Assembly: GCA_964016885.1 (NCBI GenBank)
Contig: OZ024743.1
Coordinates: 104,780,001-104,844,000, forward strand
Source of the DNA: Eledone cirrhosa
Lineage: Eukaryota
Direction: 5' to 3'
Length of the DNA: 64,000 nt
Shown: positions 53,080 to 64,000 of the stretch, in pieces
How the letters are laid out: every line of letters begins with the position of its first letter
Numbering within the stretch: the first letter of the stretch is position 1
Program-made: the position numbers and the translations under genes
The notes under the pieces: generated by a model
Databases searched by the model: none
Told to the model about the DNA's origin: nothing
The model's input: only the letters and a program-made list of their open reading frames with translations

Positions 53080-53785
53080 AGCTGGGCCACTCATATAAAC
53101 AGCAAAGTTGATATGGCCCGCAGAATGTGTTCCTTTCAGTCGAGAGATATCCACACTGTTATCCTTCTCTTCTCCACTTTTGTCCGACCCCACCTTGAAT
53201 ACTGTTGTCCACTGTGGTCTCCCCACACGAAACAAAGTATCATGAACATTGAAGCTCCTCAAAAGTCAATTACAAAAAAGACAGATGGCATGACAGGCCT
53301 TGACTATTGGGGTCGATTAGAAAAGCTCAACCTTTATTCTCTTCAACGTCGCCGTGAGCGCTACATTATCTGTATGATGTGGAAAATATTCCATCAGCAT
53401 TGCTCAAATGATTTTGGCATCACCTTTAAGCTACACCCAAGGCTTGGGCCCCGTGCTATCCGCTCACGACAAAAATCTCACTCGCATCACATAACAACAA
53501 TACAGCACAATTATTTCACCTCAACTGGCCCCGCTCTCTTTGACATTACACCATAACACATTAAAACAGAAACATACTCCATAAAGTTCAAGAAGTCTTT
53601 TGACAAATTCCTTCACGAAATTCCGGATAAACCTGCTACACCCGGATATGTCTCCATAAACAATAACTCTCTACTTGAGTGGGGCATGGTGTCCAAATCC
53701 TGATTTGAAAGACTTCGCCAGGTGGTGCTACTAGTTAGATATGGCCTGGGCCTGTACTGGCCAAAACCTATCAAAGTTATCAAAG

Positions 53786-53787
<2 letters not shown>
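53077..53787 (+). mobile_element. CR1-group LINE 3' fragment
   Basis: SWATHI...FVRPHLEYCCPLWSP...LDYWGRLEKLNLYSLQRRRERY...FKKSFDKFLHEIPDKP; (TATCAAAGT)n tail. Confidence 0.85.
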
Positions 53788-53824
<37 letters not shown>

Positions 53825-54014
53825 AAAAGATAGAGACATTGACCCGTTTTTTCAGAGAGAGTTTAAACGACAATGACGTGATCTAGGACATTTTAAACTT
53901 TACGAAGTCAATCTCCTCTCGAGGTTTGACCACAGTCGATGTCTTCCTAAGAAGAATAGAGTGAGTGTTTGTCTGTGTGTGTGTGTGTGTGTCTGTGTGT
54001 GTGTGTGTGTGTGT

Positions 54015-54015
<1 letters not shown>

Positions 54016-54054
<39 letters not shown>

Positions 54055-54085
54055 GAGAGAAAGTGAGGGAGTGTGTGATTGAGGG

Positions 54086-54129
<44 letters not shown>

Positions 54130-54235
54130 TGAGAGAGAAATTGGGAGAGGGTGTGAGTGAGGGAGTCAGAGAGAGAGAGAGAGGGAGAGAGAGAGGGGGA
54201 GTGAGAGAGAAAGGGAGAGAGAGTGTGAGTGAGGG

Positions 54236-54302
<67 letters not shown>
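54016..54302. repeat. (GA)n-rich compound microsatellite
   Basis: Direct reading. Confidence 0.95.
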
Positions 54303-54360
54303 AGAATAATCGATCCCAGCACTGGTACGTTGTTTTTATTGACCTCAAAAGTATGTCCTC

Positions 54361-54425
<65 letters not shown>

Positions 54426-54898
54426 ATGTGTGCGTATATATATATGTGTGTGTATATATATGTATATATATATATATATAGAGAGAGAGAGTGAGATAGA
54501 TATATATATATACATAGATATATTGATAGATAGAAAGATAGACAGGCAGCTAGCTAGCTAGCTAGATAGGTAGATAGATAGATAGATTGATAGGAAGATA
54601 GACAGGCAGCTAGCAAGATAGATATATATATAGATAGATAGATGTACCAATTGTTACTTGCCAGTAAACCAACAAATACAGGAATAAATAAATCAACAAC
54701 ATAAATACCATGAATAATACAATAAACGAAGACGTTCTTCCATCAATATCGTTTGATGTGCGACTGTTTTTAATGGTTAATCTATTTATGATTTAATGAA
54801 GACACATCGTTTGAAAAGGACGATTATATCGAATTATTATTCTAGATATTTCTATATCATATTTGTGGGTTTTTTACCTGTCATTTCTATTTTATGTT

Positions 54899-54981
<83 letters not shown>

Positions 54982-55082
54982 GTATATATATATATGTCCG
55001 TGTGTGTGTGTGTGTGTCTGTGTGTATGTGTATATATATTTGTGTGTGTATATATATATATATATATATACATATATAAATG

Positions 55083-55208
<126 letters not shown>

Positions 55209-55611
55209 CGTATGTATATCTTATTTTTTCTCCCGTATAATTCTTTGGGTTTGAAGTGCGTATTTCAAGAAAGAAAATATAGTTGTTTGTTTTAACTGCT
55301 GCTGTTAATGTTGTGAATGAATTTGTGTAATCGAAGTGTTAGGTGAAATATTGGTGCATATGATTAACATTTAACATCGATACATCGAACAGATATTTCT
55401 TGGGTGCAATAAGTTGAACGAATTGGTTAAATTGTTGAACTAAAATTTCTTGCAGTGTTTATTTCTTAACCTCTACGTTTTCAGTTCAAATTCCCCAGTG
55501 GAGATAATCTTGTCTTTCATCTCTTCAGATTGTTCACATGATACAAGTGTCGCAACGAACCGATGATAAAGATTTATTTATTTACCTGTCTAACTACCAA
55601 CATGATAGCTC

Positions 55612-55687
<76 letters not shown>

Positions 55688-55689
<2 letters not shown>

Positions 55690-58563
55690 AGTTATGCAAG
55701 AGTTGACGGGAGCCATCGTCAACAATAGATGGTGGTACTCTATCAAGAGAGCAATTAGAGTAGAATCGATAGGGTTTAGTAGAGAATTAGCTTTAGAGAA
55801 AAACAAATCAGAAACAGAACTAGTAGCCAAAGTAGAAGAGGCGCTCAGGAGTGGCAACGCAGCTAGAGTGCTAGCATCGAGAACGGCACTGGACCAGTTC
55901 TTCGACGCGAAACACGAAGGTTGCGTGGTCAGAAGTAAATCGCGTGCTCTAGGAAACGAGGAGCAAAAGCTGTTAGCTGGGCCCAAGTGGCGGAAGCGAA
56001 AAAGTGGCAACAAGTCCACGATTCGGTCTTTGAAAGACCAACACGGACGCGTGCTACTTGACCCCAGGCAGATGTACGAGGCCTTTCAGCGGCATTTTGC
56101 GCGACTGTTTGAGCAGAACGACGGTGCACCGAACGGGGAAATGGACTTTGGTTCATACCGCGACGGCCTGCCGAGTCTCTCAAGCTTGGACGCCGAGTTC
56201 TGCGAAAGACCGATCACAGCCACTGAGATACGGGACGCTCTGGGCCGCTGCGGGAAACGCAAATCACCCGGTCTAGATGGTCTACCCTATGAGTTTTGCA
56301 TAGGCATGCCGGACTTGTTCTCTGGCGTCCTCGAATTGGCAATTGGCAGCAGAACGGGACAATTCCCAGTTCTGCAGGCAAGGGCGTAGTAATGCTGATC
56401 AGGAGAGACAAGTACAAGGGGGACGAAATAAACAATTTCAGGCCCATAACACTGCTCAACACAGAGTTAAAGATTTTGGCCAAGGTGCTAGCAACGAGGC
56501 TGGCGTTTGTCGTCGAAAACCTGTTAGGGAAAGCGCAAAAGTGTGCAATCCCGACCAGATTCATACACGACAACCTCCACCTCATGCGATACATCATAGA
56601 GAGGGTGGAGTGTAAACCCGGCTTCAATGGGTCTCCGATCAATTTAGATCAGTCTAAGGCATTCGATAGGGTCGACCATCGATACTTGGAAGCGGTTCTC
56701 AAGGCGGCCGGTTTCGGTCCCGTTTTCAGAGACTGGATCAAGGTGATGCACACCAGCATCTGCTCGAAGGTCAAGGTGAACGGCTACCTATCGGAGACGT
56801 TCGTAATCACGCGTTCCATTCGACTGGGATGCCCTCTCTCCTCCATTCTGTACGTATTGACTCTAAAGCTACTACTGCGGAAGTTGGAGCTTTTGCAGGG
56901 CATCCTTTTAGACCCGGGACTGCGAAAAGCGGCGTCGGCTATGCCGACAACGTGACTGTAAAGGTGTCGAAAACCTCGGAAATCGAGGTAATCGGCAACA
57001 TCCTACAGGAATACGAAAGGTTCACAGGAGCAAAACTGAACCCGGAAAAGTCTGTCGGTTTGCAACTCGGAACGTGGAGAGGCAAACCGATGCCGTCCGA
57101 CAGCATCATCGGACGCTGGACGGAAGGAGCGGTGAAATTGCTCGGGGTCTGGTCGGTCCAAACCTCCAGGTGGAGAAAAACTGGAACGAGATCATGGCCA
57201 AGGTATTTGCGCTCACCCAGAAGTGGGCAGAGTGCAAACTGTCTTTGAAAGGTCGAGCAGAGGTGGTGAACACTTTCATAGCGTCCGTCATCTAGTACCG
57301 CTTGACTGTCGTGCCTTGTCCCCGTGAACATCTCGCCAAGATGGAACCATGCTCTTCCAGTTCCTGTGGAAGAAGCAGGCTCCACTGGTGAGGAGATCCG
57401 TCTGCTGTCAACACCCTTCCAACGGAGGGGTGGGCATGCCGTGGCTAATGATGCGCAAACATGCGCTGAGGCTACGGCATCTTCAGGTATTCCTCACCGA
57501 CCAACCGGTGTGGGCACCGTTTGTGAGAACGGCATTCCCACAACTTGTCCCGCTGACGGAGCTGCAGTCCTGGGTCAAGCGAAGACCGAAGAAGATGGGC
57601 GTCTGGCACATTGAATGCGCCCAGGCGCTCACTGTCCTCTGTCAAGCGAGCACAGCAATCAGTGGAGACTCCACTTCGACATTCTATAGAGAGTTAGTAC
57701 TTTACAAGTGCGACGACGTGCTCGGGGAGACTCTAGGCGTCGAAGACGACGAGCTCACCAGTCTGTTCGGTAGGACTTTCCGCCCGGGACCTATGTACAA
57801 CTTCCAGAGGTCCCTGGCCTGGCAGTGCTACCGAGGAGCTCTACCCGTTCGAGATAGGATCTACAGACACGGACGCTCCGGCAGGGATCCTTCCAAGAGG
57901 ACGTGTCCACGATGCGAGCAGGACATTGAAACCGTCTTGCATGCAATTGGATACTGCCCGGGCGTAAGCGACCTGTGGAACTATGCAGAACAACTGCTCA
58001 TGCGTATGGGACAAATCCAGTTGACTGCCGAGCCCATAGTAAGGATCAAACCGCCAGCCTCTTTCAAAAACGAAAGAGAGGCGGTTTTCCCCTGTACAGT
58101 GGTTATGGTGAAAGAGGTTATATGGTGGACGAGATTGAGATGACTGAGGACAGATGCCTTTCTCTCCGGACGACAATTGCTTCCCTTCTTTAAGTATCAC
58201 TTTAGAAGAAGAATCAGAGTGGAGAGAGAGGCACTGCACCCCAGTAAATTTACTGAAAGGTGGATGAATGAAGCGAAAATGGCCTGAGTGATTGGGCCTT
58301 CTCTGTTTATAATCCTATAGGTTAAAGAAGAGAGCAAAAGGAAGAAGGGAGCACTTGCACAACACGCTCCTGAAGTTGAGGGTTGTTCTATCTCGGGGTA
58401 ATAAACAACCCATTTATAACGCCCCACCACCCCCCTATTGGGGATTTCGATTGTTGAATTTGTTTGTTTTAAAAATCTTTTTTTACACGATTGTATGTAA
58501 AATCCCCGGCATATGTCCTTGTATTGTCCCCTTTTCTTGTGCGCCCTTGTGGCAAATAAAGAA
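55688..58563 (+). mobile_element. 5'-truncated, decayed L1/Tx1-like LINE inserted in an (ATCT)n tract
   Basis: Colinear with ORF2 of 2711-8602 (LTGAIVNN.WW, KSPGLDG, FRPITLLN, DQSKAFD, CPRC..ETVLH); several frameshifts and stops; ends CCCTTGTGGCAAATAAAGAAA; (ATCT)n at 55612-55687 and 58564-58613. Confidence 0.92.
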
Positions 58564-58614
<51 letters not shown>

Positions 58615-58750
58615 GTACCTACCTACCTACCGACCTACCTACCTACCGACCTACCTACCTACCTACCTACCTACCTACCTACCTACCTACCTACCTACCT
58701 ACCTACCTACCTACCTACCTACCTACCTACCTACCTGCCTACCTACCTAG
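58564..58750. repeat. (ATCT)n followed by (ACCT)n tetranucleotide microsatellites
   Basis: Direct reading. Confidence 0.95.
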
Positions 58751-58920
58751 CTACCTAATTACCTGCCTTCTCTCCTACCTACATACCTCACTACCCACAT
58801 AGCTATCTATCTATCCATCTCTCGCTATCTTTCTCTTTCTCTCCTTTCTCTATCTACCAAGCTACCTACATACCTACCTTCTTACCTACCTACCTACTTA
58901 CCCCCCTCTCTCTCTCTGTA

Positions 58921-59033
<113 letters not shown>

Positions 59034-59494
59034 TTTTGTGTATATATATATCAAACATAGACCAAGCAAGCTGACGTACTATAGTTGCTTAATCAGCAGA
59101 CCTGCTATCTTACCAGGCGAATAGTTTCACCTTGTGGAAACCAAATGATATGAATATAGTAATATAGCATAGAAAATCGATAAATCGATCAGCGTGGGAG
59201 TGAAGGATCGACATCTTCGTAATTTCCGTGTCCAATAGCAACGGTGTTAAAAAATATTTTCTGTTCAATCATTAATATATAAAGCTGAAGCAAACGTCAA
59301 AATTTCATCCCTTAATTCAGAACCCCCTCTCACCCCCTACCACAAAAAACTAAAGAAAAACAAAGTAGAACACAAAATGGCAGTAAGCAGATATTAACCT
59401 CGTCTCTGAAATATTAATTTGGTAAACAACAGTTGACTTAAGAAGCAGTAGGAAAATTTGAATATTGAAATTTGTGCGTCCTAACGGAAATGAT

Positions 59495-59690
59495 AATGGT
59501 TTCTGGTTTAAGCACAATGCCATTAATTTAATTCGACATCAGTGCATTACTGGTACTTTATTCTATCTAAGCCGGAATAATGAAATGCAAAGCTGATGTC
59601 GACGGGATTTGAAATCTGAACGCAAAAAGTCAGAACAAATACGGCTAAGAATTCGTTCGTAGCTCTACCAATTCTGCCCATCTACCGCTC
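59495..59690 (-). mobile_element. Old diverged SINE
   Basis: gcacaatgcc...cagtgcattactggtactttattc...gggatttgaaatctgaa...caattctgcccatctaccgc. Confidence 0.6.
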
Positions 59691-59859
59691 TACAAATGAC
59701 CATAAGGATAACAGTCGATCATTATAAAGTACCAGTAATGTACTGGGTAATTGCTGGCCTTGTGCCGATAGTAGAAACAGTTATAAATAATGATTTCTAG
59801 TATAGGGTGGAGTCTTCGACTTGGCCTGAGCATGGACTCAAACTCAAATGAAATGAAAT

Positions 59860-60068
59860 AGGCACAAGGCCAGTAATTTGGGAGGAGGGGAATGTCGATT
59901 AAATCAACCACAGCACGTTACTGGTACTTTATTTTCTCGACCCCGTAAGGATGAAAGGCAAAGTTAACCTCGGTGGGGTTTGAACTCAGACCGTAAAGGG
60001 CCGTACTCTATGCTGCAAAGCATAGAGTAGGTGTCCGACGCTCTACCGATACTGCCAATCCACCGCCC
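59860..60068 (-). mobile_element. tRNA-derived SINE
   Basis: Reverse complement of the consensus with a longer 3' segment. Confidence 0.87.
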
Positions 60069-60202
60069 TTGATCACTATAATTGACAGATGAAAAAACCG
60101 TAGCCGGAAGAAGTGGACAGAAGTGACTGCGAAGAACCAAACCGTTGCTCCACTTTTTCCGTCTCTAGGGATACTTTACCCGATTTTCGCAACTATTATT
60201 TA

Positions 60203-60388
60203 TAATTGTTTCTAAGTTAGGCACAAGGCCAGCAATTACCCAGTGCATTACTGGTACTTTATTTTATCGACCCCGTAAGGATGAAAGGCAAAGTTATCCT
60301 TGGCGGGATTTGAACTCACAATGGCAAGGGCCGTAACTCTATACGTCAAAGCATGGCGTCCGCCCCTCTACCAATACTGCCAATCCAC
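60203..60388 (-). mobile_element. tRNA-derived SINE
   Basis: Reverse complement of the consensus. Confidence 0.88.
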
Positions 60389-60406
60389 TATTATTTATAA
60401 TGATAG

Positions 60407-60598
60407 GCGGTGAATTGGCAGTATCGGTAGAGGGTCGGACACCATGATTTGACGCATAGAGTTACGGCCCTTGCCATTCTGAGTTCAAATCCCGCCGAGG
60501 TTAACTTTGCCTTTCATCCTTACGGGGTCGATAAAATAAAGTACCAATAATGTACTGGGTAATTGCTGGCCTTGTGCCAATAGTAGAAACAATTATTT
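60407..60598 (+). mobile_element. tRNA-derived SINE
   Basis: Consensus orientation; head-to-head with 60203 and tail-to-tail with 60600. Confidence 0.88.
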
Positions 60599-60599
60599 A

Positions 60600-60784
60600 T
60601 AATTGTTTCTACTTTTGGCACAAGGCCATCAATTATCCCAGTGCATTACTGGTACTTTATTTTATCGGCCTCGTAAGGATGAAAGGCAAAGTCAACCTCG
60701 GCGGGATTTGAACTCAGATCGTAAAGGGACGTAACTATGCTGGAAAGCATGGTGTCTGACCCTCTACCGATACTGCCAATCCAC
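60600..60784 (-). mobile_element. tRNA-derived SINE
   Basis: Reverse complement of the consensus. Confidence 0.88.
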
Positions 60785-60858
60785 TTTATAATGATAGACT
60801 ATTATTGTTATTATTATAGTTATTTGCGTTAGGATGCACACGTTTCTAATTAATTAGA

Positions 60859-60896
60859 CTAGTAGAAAAACCACCTTTCGGGTGGTTTTCTGCTAG
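60859..60896. other. Hairpin bounded by CTAG on both sides; possible Helitron 3' terminus
   Basis: CTAGtagaaaaACCACC-tttcg-GGTGGTtttctgCTAG. Confidence 0.4.
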
Positions 60897-61313
60897 CATG
60901 TGTAGTGCGCATATTGATAGCCCAGTACCCCAGTCACGTGTCTTCTATATAGACGCATGAGAGAAATTAAATAGAAGGACAAATCTTAAGCCCATCAAAC
61001 TGGGGTGGTACATTAATCCATGGCATAGTTTAAGAATAGTACCTGGTCACTGGTCTTTAGGGAAGTCAAATTTGTCGCAAGCATTTGGTTGTTCCTAATG
61101 CAACACGCTACGAGTTTTAGTTTAATTCAGATACCATAGCGTAAGGCTCATTGTCCGACGCTCAAATAATACCATTAAGCTAGAGCCACGGTACTGGTAC
61201 TTCACGAAAGGATAAACGGCAAAGTTGACCTGGAATCTGACGCTCAAACATCAGTCTTGACTGAATATGAACCTGCGGTATGTGACTAATATTTTGTACG
61301 ATTCTAGACTAAT

Positions 61314-61498
61314 GTTTCTACTTTTGGCACAAGGCCAGCAATTAACCCAGTCCATTACTGGTGCTTTATTTCATCCACCCCGTAAGGATGAAAGGCAAAG
61401 TTAACTTCGGCGGATTTGAACCCAGAACGTAAAGGGCCACAACTCTATGCTGCAAATCATGGTATCTGACGCTTTACTGATACTGCCAAACCACCGCC
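61314..61498 (-). mobile_element. tRNA-derived SINE with 10-bp TSD
   Basis: CTAGACTAAT at 61304-61313 and 61499-61508. Confidence 0.9.
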
Positions 61499-61568
61499 CT
61501 AGACTAATCAACACTGAACATTTTAGTAGTATGTAGTTCACATCAGATCATTGAAAAAAAGGAACATA

Positions 61569-62164
61569 CCGTATATACTCGAATATAAGTCAATCCGAAT
61601 ATAAACCGCCCCCACCCCGCTGTTTTATGTCTGAGAAATAGGCAAAAATCCAAACCCCATTTATAGGCTGAAGCAACTAATCAATACATTATGTTTAGAT
61701 GGCGTGCTTTTGAAATTCTCATGAGAATAAAATATATTTATGAAGTGTTAATATTTTGATGTTTAAAATGTTTTAAGTGTCGTTTAGAGTATAGTCTTTG
61801 TTTCACAACTCCATTATGTAATGAATTTCCATTACGTTAAGTTTCAACAAGTTTCTCGAATTTTGGTTTACTTCCGGCCACTCAAAAGCAAGAGAACGAA
61901 TAAGAGGTTTTTATATAGGGATTCATAGAGTAGAAGTGGGGGGAGACAGCAGATGAGAGGAAGGAGAGACAGAGCGAGAAATAGAGAAGAGAAGAGAGAG
62001 AGAGAGAGAGAGAAAGAGGGAGAGGGAAAAAGAGAGAGAGAGAGCGAGGGAGAGAGAGAAATATAATAAAATATGAAGATTGAAAGAGTAAATATTGTCA
62101 GAGAAAAACATATATGTGTGTACGCGTGCAAGCGTGTATGTGAGTGTGAGTGCGTGCATGTGTA

Positions 62165-62248
<84 letters not shown>

Positions 62249-62535
62249 CATGAGTACGTGTATAGGATATTTATATATGAAAAATTACAAATTATAAAAA
62301 TTTGTTCGAAATATTGTCAAGGACTGCACAAATAACACCAACAATGATATACTAGATGTGGTAAAACAGTGTTTCATTGTGAAATAATCACTCCAGATAT
62401 TTTAGCACCTTATTTATGTAGAATTTGAAGTTGGTGAATATCGTTAAAAGATTGACCCCCAAATATAAGTCAATCCCCATTTTACCATCGAGTTTTTGGT
62501 CACATATTCCTCGGCTCATGTTCGAGTATATACGG
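61569..62535. mobile_element. Non-autonomous Tc2/pogo-like DNA transposon (TA TSD)
   Basis: TA-CCGTATATACTCGAATATAAG ... CTCATGTTCGAGTATATACGG-TA termini; internal aatataagtcaatcc sub-repeats; no transposase ORF. Confidence 0.75.
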
Positions 62536-62899
62536 TAATTTGAGCCATGATATTGTATCTTGTAGAAATCTAGAATGATAGAAGGAATTATTCCACGCCG
62601 AAATACAAGCACAGATTTACACATAAACACGTGGACACACATGCAGCGGCACAAACATCACACATCCATACACATACACAATCACTCACACACTCACATA
62701 TAGAATAGCTTCTTCCCTGATTGCGCCTCTTTGCAATAAGGATGGAAATGAACTCGTTTGGGATTAGCCTGGTATCCTAAGAAGGTGGCAACAATATTTT
62801 GTTGACCTTAATGTTCCTTCGAATATTGATGAGGGTTCGATAAACAACCTTCCTGACTACCTTGAAAAGCATGCTTTGACCAGTGTTTTTAAATAGAGG

Positions 62900-63550
62900 A
62901 AGAGGAGATAGCAGTGACTAAACTAAATAGGGCCAAATCTAAAATGGACGGAAATAGGACAGAACTTTGAAATATGGAGGTGAGAACCTACTGAAAAAAA
63001 CTTCATGGTATCATACGTCACATCTGGAATAATGGAGCTGTTCCTCCTGATTGGTGAGATGCTCTGATGGTTGTCTTGTATAAGGGTAAGGGTAGTAAAG
63101 TTGAAGTAGCAACTATCGAGGTATATCTTTGCTCTCTGTGGTAGGGAAGATTTTGTGCAAGATTCTGTTACATCTGTTGCTTACGCACATTGCTAGAAAT
63201 GCACTTCCGGAATCTGAGTCTGGTTTTCTTGAGGAACGTGGTACAGCCGAGAGGATCTTTCCTGTCAAATAATTGCAATAGAAATGCTTAGAACAAGGTA
63301 TGGATTTTGTACCAAGTCTTTGTTGATCTTAACAAAGCTTTTGACACGGTGAACGGAAGGGTGTTGTGGAGAACATTGTAGAAGCTTGGGTGCCCTGAAA
63401 AATTTTTGAGTAGTTTGAGAGGATTTCACAACAGCAAGGATATTCGCGTAAATATGGTTGGAAAGCTGTCTGACCCCATAAATATCAGGAATGGAGTGAA
63501 GCAGGGAGATATTCTTGTTCTTACACTGTTTGCCTTGTACTTCGCAATGA
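62900..63550 (+). pseudogene. Decayed RTE/BovB-like reverse transcriptase fragment
   Basis: IWNNGAVPPDW*DALMVVLYKGKG, NYRGISLLSVVGKILCKIL, LPESESGF, FVDLNKAFDTVN, KLGCPEKF, GVKQGDIL..TLFALYF across broken frames. Confidence 0.8.
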
Positions 63551-64000
63551 AATTTCAACTAACTTGAGAGATTCTGCTTCAGCAAGGCTGGTAAGAAACG
63601 CCATCTTGTCAGTCATGAATATAGAACTCCTGCTAATTACCAAATTGCTATGGCCAGAAATACAACATACGCATACAGAACCTGTAACAAAAAATGCAGG
63701 CCTGCTGGCAGTCGAAAAAGGCACATCAAAATGCAAAATGAGCCTTAAGAGGCCAATAGGGCTATATTGAGAGCGTTGCACACCTGTGCAAAATTCACTT
63801 GTAGGCCTAAAAAACCAGATCTGTCCAGAGCACTCACAGGACTGAAGCTGATGTCGTTTGATAGCTATATCCGGTCATGAGGTGGCTGTCATGTATGTAT
63901 GTTCTGGTTTTCTTATTTTATAAATTTTCACCAATAGAAAGTCGGTTTCTAACATAGAAATAATACATTTTCATTGAAGTTTTGACATCAACTAGGTATG

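Noticed and set aside
60859-60896. Rho-independent terminator
   Set aside because: Shape fits, but the context is eukaryotic with no upstream prokaryotic gene.

Overview
AT-rich, gene-poor eukaryotic (animal) DNA, made almost entirely of microsatellites, satellites and transposable elements. The SINE/LINE/Penelope repertoire and (TA)n/(CA)n density suggest a cephalopod such as Octopus; this is an inference from repeat style, not a database result. Recognisable coding content is all retroelement-derived: a near full-length L1/Tx1-type LINE (2711-8602), a 5'-truncated relative (55688-58563), two Penelope-like element (PLE) remnants (about 14.5-16.4 kb and 46.4-51.8 kb), and RTE and CR1 fragments. 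There are also mariner/pogo relics and more than 15 copies of a tRNA-like SINE. Two arrays stand out: a 14-bp GC-rich minisatellite (11.7-12.9 kb) and a 9.4-kb 18-bp satellite with kb-scale higher-order duplications whose minus strand reads TACTAAC. The most interesting signal is a dispersed set of short non-coding modules embedded in (TA)n tracts. They occur as tandem (501, 615, 637 bp) and fold-back repeats and repeatedly carry type I hammerhead ribozyme (HHR) motifs, some intact and some with variant cores, which fits a PLE-mobilised retrozyme-like system. Two possible minus-strand exons near 42 kb hint that the window lies within introns of a host gene. Most ORFs in the supplied track are microsatellite artefacts.
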